64,000 bases of DNA from Squalus acanthias. Taxonomy: Eukaryota. Of the stretch, positions 53,150-64,000 are shown piece by piece (within the stretch, counting starts at the first letter, position 1; each line of letters begins with the position of its first letter). The notes under the pieces were generated by a model. The model saw only the letters and a list, made by a program, of their open reading frames with translations, did no database searches and had not been told where the DNA came from. Position numbers and translations under genes: made by a program. Location of the stretch: NCBI GenBank assembly GCA_030390025.1, contig CM059433.1, positions 23,810,001 through 23,874,000 on the forward strand, written 5' to 3'.

Positions 53150-54920
53150 TCAAGTCCAAGGAGCAGAGACTTGGGCTTTTCTGTTGCACAACTCACTAAG
53201 CCATCCATTACCAGATCTGGCAGGACCACAGCAAGAGCCATCAGGCCTCACTCTCCACTGACAAAATCACCCATTACTCTGGGTTCATCCTGGAAAGCAG
53301 AGATAACCCATTATTCCCCCCCCAATTACTAACCATCTCAATAAACTCCTCTCACCCTGCCCTCTCCACACTCACCTCCAACAAGCATGAGGAGCTCACC
53401 GATTTCTTAGTCAACAAGATAGAGACCACCGGTTCAGTTACCTCTGTTGCTCCCCCCTTCCTCTTGTCCAAGCTAAACCTCCCCGGCCAGGGCCTTCTTC
53501 CCCTAACCCTGAACCCCCATCTCTCACTTCAATTTCCCTCCCATCTTCCCCAGGCTCAGAGGGTTTCTCATCCATAAGACACCTTCCTGCTCCAGTGACT
53601 CCATTGTCACTAAATGGTTGACCAACAGCTTCTCCTCCTGGCCCCCATACTAACTGACATTATAAATGGGTCCCAATCCTCAGGCTGTGTCCGTCTCCCT
53701 TTCAAAACTGCTGTCATCATCCCCTCCTCAAAAACCCATCTTTAAAGCCCCTGTCCTTGCAAACTACTGCCCCATCTCCAACCTCCCTTTCCTTTCCAAA
53801 GTCTTTGAAAGTGTTGTCATCTCCCAAATCCATGCCCATCACTCCAGCAACTCAGTTGAAATCACGCCAAGTATTCACTCCTTTGCTGTACCAAAACATC
53901 CCTAACCAAAGTTAGTCACAAACAACATTCTCTGTCATTGTGAATAGGGTGCATTATACAGCCTCCTCCTTCTCGATCTCTCTGTAGCCATTGACAAGGT
54001 CAACCATGTCATCCTCCTTCAATTACTCTCCAACCTTGCTGGGACTGCCCATGCTTGGGTCCATTCTCGCCAATGAGTGTAGCCAGTGCATCCTTAGCAA
54101 GGGCTTCTTTCATGCCTTCGCAGAGTCACTTTGGGGGTACTCCAAGGACCTATCCTCAACCGCAACCTCCACTGCATCTACATGCTGCTCCTAGTGACAT
54201 TATTTGAAGAGAAAGGGTCAACTTCCACATGTATGCTGACAATACCCAGCTCTACTTCTCCACCACTTCTCAACGCCTACACTGTCTCGGTGCTGTCAGA
54301 CAGTTTGTTGATATCCCATCTCAGACGAGCCACAATTTTCTCCAGCTAAACATTAGGAATATCAGAGCCTTGGTCTTCAACCCCCACCACAAACTACATC
54401 CTTATCCTCAACACAAACTCCATCTCTCTCCACAGCCATGGCCTCAGACCGAACCAGACTTTTTGCAATCTCAGCATCCTATTTAACCCCAAGCTGAGTT
54501 TCCAGTCACATACTCTCTCCATTACGAAGGCAGCCTACTTCCAACTTCATAACATTGCTCAACTCCTCCACTACCTCAGTCCATCTGCAGCTGAAAACCT
54601 CATCCATGCCTTTGTCATCTCAACTTGATAATTCCAATGGTCTCATGACCAGCCTTCCATCATCCATACACTTCAGCTTATCCAAAACTCGACTTCACAT
54701 ATCCTATCCCACATCAAGTTCTTCTTACCCATCACCACTGTCCTTGTGAGCCGACATTGCCTCCTAGCCCTCCAACATCTCAAATTCAAAATTCTCGTCC
54801 TTGTATTTAAAGCCCACCATGGCCTTGTCCTTCCCTAACACTTTAACCTCCTCCAGCTATAAACCCACAGCCCCTTTGAAACTCTGTTACTCTGACTCCA
54901 GCTCCTTGTGTATCCCCCCC
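53150..54920 (+). mobile_element. Decayed L2-type LINE ORF2 remnant
   Basis: ANYCPISNLPFLSKVFE and MYADNTQLYF motifs. Confidence 0.8.
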
Positions 54921-56949
54921 CTTTGCGTAGATGTACACAAATGAAACAATGTTGTGCTACATTTCTTCATTCTCCAACAGAAAAGATTAAGTTGTGCCAC
55001 GCCATACATCCTGTCCTTTCACTTGCATCATCCAGCCTTTACTGCGCTTAATAAAAAAAAAAAATTCTGCTTGAGCTTCGATCACCAGGCTTGCAATATC
55101 AGAACTGCTCAACTGAATTTTAACTGACTGCCAGGCATTTACTATCTCGTGTAAATTTGCAATTTCTGTAATGTAAAAGTATGTGTCTTGTACAGTAGCT
55201 GCATTTTTCTACTATTGTGTGTGAACATACAGAATATCCTGTTTACAGTATAACTCATGAGTGATTACGTTCAGCTTTGGTCAAGATGACCTGTACCTAA
55301 TCCGCTAAGGTTTAAGCAGATGGCTTAGTCCATGTGACAGGAGGTATTAATTTACCAACACTACCTTTCTAAATTTCTTGGGAGTGCTACATTAGGCCAA
55401 CAATACAAATCGCTGCACTCCAAACCTGCATTAAAGGCTGGAGCTTTTAGTACAATGTATGATATGGGTATAGAACTTATTATTTATACTTAGTACTTTG
55501 GAGAATATCAGTTGCAAATCTTCTATATACGTTTGCAGTTACTTTACATACAATAAAAGGTAAATTAGAAATGCGAGACAAACTTCTACTTTTGAAATTA
55601 TGGACTGGAGTGCATTGCCTCCAACTTTCCTTAAGTTTAATATAGTACAATCTGAAAAACAGCAAGACGTACTGACAGCTGGTAAATCACCTATAGGTCA
55701 GTTTATACAATTAGTTACAGATACATTTTAGTGTGACTTCTCGTGCTGCCTTCTTGCTGGGTTCCACCCTATGCAAAGTCCAACTCACCCAGAATTTTGC
55801 CACCCATCTCTTGTCCCATACTCGGTCCCGTTCACCCATTACGCACAAAACCACTAAAAAGTACGTTGTATAGCAAATTGTGAAAAAGTGCTCATTTCTA
55901 TAGGACAGTAGTCATGCTAAATAAACATTTATTAATGGTATTGGGAAAAATGACAATCAGTATATCACAGCTACCTTAGCTCACCTATTCTAAACAGTAG
56001 CAAAATTACTATTCCAGAAATTAGACACAGCTGGGATGTTCAACTTGCAGGATAGTGCGGATTACGTTGCTGAATGTAAATTTTACTCCATGAATGAAGA
56101 TAACTGTACAAGTTCTACAGGTATTCTTCACTTATCAAACAAAGTGTAGTATTCACAAACATTTTATGCAGTACCCTACAATTAAACAGTGCTGGCATGT
56201 CACTTTTGTATACTATAGATAAGTATTGAAAATAAATCTGCAAGAGCAAAATTTTGAACTGCGTCGGTGATCTTTGATGCTCGCTATCTATCACGTGAAG
56301 AACAGTCCATTGACTGAGGTGACACTACCAAAATATTTTGTATATTTTTGGTGCTCCCAAAGCACTTATGCTGACACTTTCTAAATGTGAGAATAAGCAC
56401 ACAGCTGTTGGGAATTCTCAGGTGCTGGCAGTGAAGCTAGGAGGCACAAATTCTGTATTCACGTCATAAAATGCATGCATCACATCTGGTTCTGGATATC
56501 ATCCAAATTCAATTTGGTTGAGGAAAGCTATTCCGCCATTGCAGGCAATCCATTCTCTCCTTTAAACACAGCATCCAATTCTTTCCAACATGAAGGATTC
56601 CAGTTTTTGCCTCCACTACCCTACCTGAAAGTCTACTTCACATCTTGACCACTTTTTGTGCAGAGTACCAACACCAGTCCTAACTTTGTCTTTTGCTAGT
56701 TTGAACACATGACCCCTTGTCTTATAATCTGAAATAGCATTCTGGATTTACTGTTCTCTTTACCATTTACCATCTTATACACCTCAAAGAGACCCTTTTA
56801 ATTGCATCTTTCAACACTAAAAGAGCCCAAGTTTTTCTAGCCTTTCCTCACAAATAAGAATCAGCTTTGTGGCTGTTCTTCATACTCATGAGAGTTGAAT
56901 GTCTCCCTTGTGTCTTGGTGACCAAAACTGGACAGCGTACTCAATTTCC

Positions 56950-57704
56950 CCAAAACTGCTGTCAAAATAGTGGCGAGGCTAATAGTGCTCACCGTTATTT
57001 ATGTGTAAATGCCACACCAACTTCAGGTGAGGGCAGATTCATGATTAAATGCGGAAATCGAAACGTTGCTGTCGGAGATGCTCCACTCCACCATAAGCTT
57101 CATGAAAACAGTATCTCGATGTCTGGCTCCCCACTGAAATACATTGAGCGGCGTGAAGTTTCTGTACTTGCATGGTAGATATGAAGTAAACTCACCACAG
57201 AATGTTAAGTTAAATCATTTCAAGTCTAAGTACCTTTTTAACTACATGATAAGTATTAATTACTGTCAGTCAACCTCTCTGGCACTGAAAATTAACAATT
57301 ACAAGTGTGGAGTCCCATTTCTTCAGGTTTTAATTGTAGGCGTTTTTATTAAGTTAAATTTCAAAAAATTCTAAAAATGTTTCCTTTGCCTCTTTTTTTC
57401 TCTCAATCCAATCTTTCTTTCCCTCTCTTTCTCTTTCTGTACCTGATTTTGGCCATTTTAAACTACACTTCCTTGTCAGTCTTGGGCTGTTAATTTCAGA
57501 ATCCTTCAATCTGATTGGTTTAGGAGATACATAGTTGCTTACCCTGTTCACTCAGGTCCCAGATGCCCTGTAGAGGGCGCCGCGCCGTTTCCATCACGCA
57601 CTTTCAGCAACTTGGAGTAAAATATCGTCGACGTTAAACAGGCAAGGGCAAGTCTAACTAACAGCAGGCGCCGTTCGGTGGTCTGCCACAGCAATTGTTG
57701 GGCC
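56950..57704. mobile_element. Harbinger-like MITE related to 48094-48869, opposite orientation
   Basis: Shares internal blocks in reverse complement; ends in ...gggcc. Confidence 0.6.
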
Positions 57705-60700
57705 ACTGTTGTAAACTTCTCAGTAGTCTACTTTGAATGTCACTTCCTCAAAACAAAATCAAGGAAGTTGATCAGACAGGATCTTCCCCTTCTGAAGCCA
57801 CGTTAGAGCTGTTAGCAAGTTATCAGTCATGCTCAACTCCTGATAAATCAATACCATTTTATTTAGCGTTGATGAAAGTCTAAAAGGTCTGTCACTTTTT
57901 TGAAAATGGGACCGTATTAGCTCATTTCTAATTTAGTGGAACCGCCCCAGCATTCAATGACTCCTTCATAGTAAGTGTCAGCACCTCACAAATCTTAACT
58001 TGGTTTTCTGTTAAGGTGATTATACATTTGTATTTATTCCAGGATCCTGTTCTGGCAGAGCAAACTCTGAGGCATTCTCCTGCTTTTGGGCTGAGTTTGG
58101 AACTCTGTTTCTGTAGCACTGCTGGACTCTGCTGTGTAATGCAGAGACCCAGATAACAAAGAGATTGGCTTCCCGCATTTACTTCAGAGAAGTCAGCTCC
58201 CTTGATTTGACAAAACATTTGCACACCCACATTTGTCTAAGATCCAATTAGTTCCCAGAATCTTACCTCCTTACCACTATAGAGTGCAGCTGATTGAGGG
58301 AGAATTAGGTGTCTGCCTCCTGCACTGTAAAAGCACCTTTAGTACACTAAGCTAAGTACATCTATCCCCAGAGATTTGTTTATTTTGAATCCTTTAAGCT
58401 TGTCTAGGACCTCCATCTCACTGATGTCAGTCATTAATTCTATTTGGATTATCTCCAATTGTGGTGGACATTACTAGTGTCTGCCCTACTGAATACTTGG
58501 AGAGTACATTAACTATTTTATGTTCATCCACAATTTTGGCCCTATTGCCAACCTTCAGTGTTCTCATTTCTAACATTTCGCTGTTACAGTATTGAAACAA
58601 TTTCTTGCTGTTGCATTTGGCATTTGTACTCATCATCCTTTCCAAATTCCTCTTTGCTCATCTAACCACGAACGCATTTCTAAAGGTTTTTGGAGGGTTA
58701 TTTTATGTCCAAAATCTTTACTGAACAACTCCGACCTTGAACATTTAGATATTTCCACTGGCCTCTGCATACCTCAGAATACCCCAATAGGGCTTTGCAG
58801 GTAGAAAGAAGGATTCCCCCCCACCTAGGCAATGTAATATTGCTGATGACAAGGGAATTTGGAGCTACAAGTAAAAATATTTACTCAACTTGCTAAAATA
58901 TATTAGAAAACAAAGTGGCTATTGAGATTCTGTTCAATCACTGAAAACTTGAAATGCACTTCAATTTGAAATATGTACCAAGTGTAATACAGTCGTGAAA
59001 CAGTGTTGATGCAAGGATTTCAATAAAGCGTTAGGGTGGGCACGTGAAATATTTGGAGTGTCCGCTTGAACTATAGCATAGCAAGTGTCCTTCCAAACTT
59101 ACATGCAATCTAGAAAGAGCATTGAGCTATGTAATGCTAGTGTCAAGTACTGTTGTTACTGGTGTAGGCCACAGCAGGAACAATCTAAGACAATTGATTA
59201 ATAGCATCACAACAAGGATATGATGTAACAATGAAGTGTTGGCTTAGACAATTTTTTCTTTAGCATGGGGTACGAGTACATAAAATAAGCCTGGTGACAA
59301 CATTGGGATTTATTTTTGGAAATGAAACTTGAATAAAATTTTACTTAATATGGTGTTTTCCAAAACATCTACTTTATAATTACTAGAAATCATGGAATAT
59401 CTCCATCACAATTATAAATGTAATATGCGCAACATTTCATACTGTCAATTCAGGCACTGTGAATTAATTTGTTTTTTGATTCATACAAATAGGCTATTTA
59501 AACAACTTAAAAGCCGGCACCTAATTTAACACTGTTTACTGGTTCTGTAACGGATAAACTGTACTCACATACAAAAACAGTCAAATAACTGGCTGCTAGG
59601 TAACCTTTGGTTTGTTTGAATACTGATATTTGCATTGACATAAAATGCTTTTTTTTCCCCCCCAGACGCCCAGCACACCTGCCTTAACAGATTGTAGGCA
59701 AGCAAATATATGGAGTCTTGACTTGCCTTCAAGCACAAACTACAATTTTTACAACTGCATTTATTACTAAATACAGTTAATGTTCCAAAAGAGAGTCAAG
59801 ATGACTCATAAGGGATCAATTAGTAAGGAACACAACTTTTAACTAAAGTATCATTGGTTCAAATGACCTGCATTGATAAATAAATACTTACAGCAAATTA
59901 CTCTAAGTCATAGAAAATGTTACATACCTACACAAGAACAGATATTAAATACAAAATCTAAATTTGTGTGCACATGATGATTATTTTCCTGTTTCTTTAG
60001 GTCTCCCATACCACTCCTCAAACATAATTCCATTCATAAATTTATTTAACTTTATAAACAAAATTTCAAATGCAAAATATTACCAAAAAAGGTAGCGTAC
60101 AGAGCCCAAGGATTTTATTATTCAAAAATACATGAGAAACAATTCACAAGCTGGAGCACATAACAGATTTGGTTGATTTGCAACAACATGCTTCACATGC
60201 AGAAAGATATGTCAAAGCAGAGGGTTAGAGGGCACTGTCAAAGAGGAAGGTTTTGAGAAAGTTTTAAAAGGAGGGAGGGAGATGGAGAATTACAAATTGG
60301 CTGAATGTTTGGCAACCAATGATGAAATAAAAGACAAGAGAAAAACCCAGTGTTGGAGGAGTGAAGTATCTCTACAGGGAAATAAAGCAGGAAATCATCA
60401 AGGTAAGATGGGGTGAAGCAATTGAGTGATTTTAAAGCAAGAATGAGAATTCTGAAGTCAACTTGCTAGGGGCCAGCAGTGCTTGAAGAGGGCAAGAGGA
60501 TGGGAATGCAGTACTGTGCATGGGAGGGCACTGCCTGTATCATTCTGAATGAGCTGACGATTGTGAAGAGTTAAGGTCCCATCTGTCCTCTCAGGTGGAT
60601 GTAACAGAGGGATCCATGGCACTATTCGAAGAGCTGGGGCTTTCTCCCTGTGTGAACATTCATCCCTCAACCCTATTAAATTGGACAAACATTTAATTTG

Positions 60701-61903
60701 TGGTGTGTGGGACCTTGGCTACCACATCTTCCTACATTACAACAGTGACTACACCTCAAATGTACTTCATTGGCTGTAAAGCACTTTGGGATGTCGTGAA
60801 AGGTGCTATATAAAGGCAAGTTATTTCTTTGAGGTCATGAGAATGGCTTGACGATGCATCAGAGAAGTCGAGATTTTGAGGCAATGATTTTCACCATGTA
60901 GAAAGGGACTACAGGTGAAAGGGCTACTTCCGCAAGGGTGGCTTCTCTGCTCAGATTTCTTGCATTTTCTATCTTGACTTCAGATTTCCCATTCTCCCCA
61001 CCCCCCTTTTACCCCTATGGAGTTCGTTCCAAATAAAAACACGAAGCACAAAAAAAAACACGAAAAAAAAACTTTTTAAAGCCAAAGATAGAGAAAAAAA
61101 AAGCCTAAATTCAACAGTATTGGAGAGTGACAGGCAGGAGCACAGCAGAACTGCAGCCAGGAGCAGCAGCTGCAAGAACTCAAGTTCCTCCGTTAATAAT
61201 TGAAAAAGGATTTGACACGAGTTAAAGCGGTTGAAGAAGTCGCTGGCGCATTAACTTGCCGGTTAATTTTCTTCTATAGCAAGTTTACAACGGCCGCCAA
61301 AGTACAAGTTTCACAACAAAGAAAGTGATTTCAGGAAACGCACAGACAAACGGTGAGGCGCCCAGCCTGCCCCAGAGAAAGTATCTAAAGCCGGCCTTAC
61401 CGCTTTCTGGGAGCCCGGAGCCACTAACTGACTGGCACAAGCCGCTTCTTTTTTCTAAAAAAAAAAGAAATATTTATTTAAACGGTAGAGGAAATAAACA
61501 CATCACAAGCCAAAACCTCCCCTCAGCACTTCACTCCAGCCCAACATGGCGGCAGGCAGGTCCGAAGCAGCACAGATGTTGTTTTTCCGCCCCGGAGAGA
61601 TGAAAACCCCTCCCCTCGCCATTAACGTCCTCCACCGCCCACCTCCGTCCTCGCCGAGATGCGTGCTACACGTTTGAATGAGGGGAGAGGGAGCATGCGC
61701 GGTGCACCTTTGAACGGGGCTGCACGTGCGCGTGCGTGATGCATCTTTGAATTGGGGCGGTGCCCGCGCCCGCGCCCAATGCGTTTAAATTCGGCGGGAG
61801 GGACGCGCGCGCGCGCGGCCGTCGATCTGAGCGTGTGTACGTGCGTTCCTCCGGCTTTCCGTACTGGCTCCAGTTCGGCGCTCTGCGCTCTGCGGTGACT
61901 CAC

Positions 61904-62000
61904 CGGTTCAGTCGGGCCCCGAGGTCGCTGCTTTCGAAATGGCGGCTGTTTGGAGAGCGCGTAATTTTTTGGACTGTGTCGTTCGCTTTTCTGACCGAGA
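61904..62000 (-). other. CILK1: Putative non-coding first exon of CILK1 (5' end unknown)
   Basis: Strong minus-strand donor CCG|GTGAGT at 61904/61903 inside the CpG island; implies a ~22.5-kb first intron. Confidence 0.5.
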
Positions 62001-62077
62001 ACTGCAATAATCTCTGATTGTTTTTCCTCCTCCTTCTCGCCCGTTTCCGTGCTGGAAGTCCGCCGGCAGTTGAAAGC

Positions 62078-62080
62078 ATG
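62078..62080 (+). CDS. FBXO9: Putative ATG-only coding part of the first exon of a divergent gene, probably FBXO9
   Basis: AAAGC-ATG|gtaacg: good Kozak context followed directly by a donor. Gene identity is inferred only from the known head-to-head ICK/FBXO9 arrangement in mammals. Confidence 0.45.
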
Positions 62081-63164
62081 GTAACGTTTTGCAGCGGTAT
62101 TGTTTTCTGTTCGTGTCGTTCACACTGCGGTGTCCAAGCTTTGTTGTGCCGTGTAGCCATGACTGGAGGCAAGGTGATCCTCCTGCTGTTGGCCTGTTCG
62201 TCACAGGACCTGTAAACACAGCTTTTAAAGAAGGCTGCAAACAAGTGCTGCTGTGATTTTTTTTTAATAATAATAAGATCGCGGATCAAACAACAAAGGG
62301 GAAAAGTCTAAATAAATACACCTTTATTTTAATTTGATTATCCGGTGGATTAGTATTTCATTAAACTCTAATTTTAAAAGATACATTTAGGGCATTAAGC
62401 CACAGTTAGAGCGTTTCTGGCCTACTCCAAGTGATGTGCAGTTACAGTGCCAGCTACATTAGATGTGTGTGTTTACAGAATTGGCACATTTTGCCAAGTT
62501 GAAAAAACAAGCTTGGGCGGTGCAGGAGAATGGGATCATGACTTGAGTTCTGATGTTTAATTTGTCAATAACGCACATTTTATGTTGTCCTGGAACCAGT
62601 TTGTGATTAACCTGCCGATTGGGTAAAAGTGAGGAGAAAGTTACAGATGTGATGAGGGTGTGGATACCTGTCAATTAAATATGTATGTATGTTATTAGCC
62701 AGCAGCTGAATTACTGCTTCCATATAGTATGATATAGAAATGAATGTGAAAACCAGGCATCAATTTAAAAACGTTGCCACTTGGCTTATATTTTAGTAAC
62801 TTAAGGACAGCCCAAGCAAAACACACACTGTTATAAAACAAAGATGCAGTCCTAAAAATTGGATATATTTTCTATTTAAAGTTAAAGATTTTTTTTACTG
62901 AACTGTTTAAAAAAGGAATTTTGCTATAGCTCTGCACAGAGGAACATTTTGAGCACCTCCCTTTTGATGCAACAGCATACTTAACTAAATGCCTAGCTTG
63001 CCCAAAGGTGTTTTTTGGTATAATATAATGGCCATGTGGTATGCACAGATATTTTATAAAGTCATGTGCATTGTGTAATGACTTGCAACATGCCAGAATG
63101 CCTTGTGATGTAGTTGATCACTTTCCAAATTTTGTAAATGCGAAATAACAGTGAAAAACAGTGA

Positions 63165-64000
63165 CCGGATCGGACAAAGTCAACATGGATTTTACAAAAG
63201 GTAAATCGTGCTTGACTAATCTACTGGAATTTTTTGAGGATGTAACTGGGAAAATAGATAAGGGAGAACCAGTAGCTGTGGTGTATTTGGACTTTCAAAA
63301 GGCTTTCGATAAGGTCCCGCATAAGAGATTAGCGTGTAAAGTTAAGGCACATGGGACTGGGGGCAAGGTATTGACTTGGATAGAGAACTGGTTGGCGGAC
63401 AGAAAGCAGAGAGTAGGAATTAATGGGTCTTTTTCCGAGTGGCAGGCAGTGACTAGTGGGGTACCGCAGGGATCGGTCCTTGGACCCCAGCTATTCACAA
63501 TATACATTAATGATCTAGATAAGGGAACTAAATGTAATATCTCCAAGTTTGCAGATGACACAAAGCTGGGTGGGCGTGTGTGCTGCGAGGAGGATACCGA
63601 GAAACTCCAGGATGATTTGGACAGGTTGGGTGAGTGGGCAGAAGCGTGGCAGATGCAATATAACGTGGATAAATGCGAGGTTATCCACTTTGGTGTCAAA
63701 AACAGAAAGGCAGCCTATTATCTGAATGGCAATAGATTGGGAGAAGGGGAAGTGCAACGAGACCTGGGTGTCCTTGTGCACCAGTCGCTGAAGGTAAGCA
63801 TGCAGGTGCAGCAGGCGGTGAAGAAGGCAAATGGTATGTTGGCCTTCATAGCGAAAGGGTTTGAGTATAGGAACAGGGATGTCCTGCTGCAGTTGTACAG
63901 GGCCTTGGTGAGACCACACCTTGAGTACTGTGTGCAGTTTTGGTCGCCTTATCTGAGGAAGGATGTTCTTGCCATGGAAGGAGTTCAGCGAAGATTCACA
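63165..64000 (+). mobile_element. Young 5'-truncated CR1 with an uninterrupted RT reading frame to the window edge
   Basis: KGKSCLTNLLEFFE..YLDFQKAFDKVPH..SGVPQGSVLGP..KFADDTK..VRPHLEYC reads with no stop from ~63194. Confidence 0.92.

Larger units (their letters stand above)
61200..62300. promoter_or_regulatory. CpG island, putative bidirectional promoter (CILK1 minus strand, neighbour plus strand)
   Basis: Dense non-repeat CpG. YY1-type motifs CAACATGGCGGC 61542-61553 and AAATGGCGGC 61937-61946; NRF1-like GCATGCGC near 61692; E-box CACGTG near 61723; GC box near 61754. Confidence 0.85.

Overview
Repeat-rich vertebrate genomic DNA, most likely from a shark or other cartilaginous fish (inferred from HE1-like V-SINE, Deu-domain SINE, CR1, L2 and Penelope repeats). 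The window is mostly one multi-exon gene on the minus strand encoding an RCK-family ciliary Ser/Thr kinase, best matching CILK1/ICK, with the paralog MAK as the alternative. Twelve coding exons (1,729 nt, 39209 down to 564) splice in frame with canonical GT-AG sites, and the last exon runs off the left edge. A CpG island at ~61.2-62.3 kb looks like a compact bidirectional promoter, probably shared with FBXO9. The introns hold layered transposon fossils: a full-length decayed hAT element with intact TIRs and TSD, a Harbinger remnant plus many Harbinger-like MITEs, a Tigger-like MITE, two solo LTRs, Penelope copies with hammerhead motifs, and CR1/L2 LINEs and SINEs. The most interesting non-repeat signals are: (1) a candidate 6-nt microexon surrounded by RBFOX motifs, with further small candidate cassette exons, in the intron that matches the site of MAK's retina-specific exon; (2) a 52-codon Cys-rich uORF whose stop overlaps the kinase start codon (ATGA); (3) a ~126-bp inverted duplication just after the activation-loop exon; (4) a minimal hammerhead ribozyme motif in the pre-mRNA sense strand. 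Most short ORFs in the supplied track are repeat-derived or spurious. All calls are from reading the sequence by eye, and repeat boundaries are approximate unless termini are quoted.
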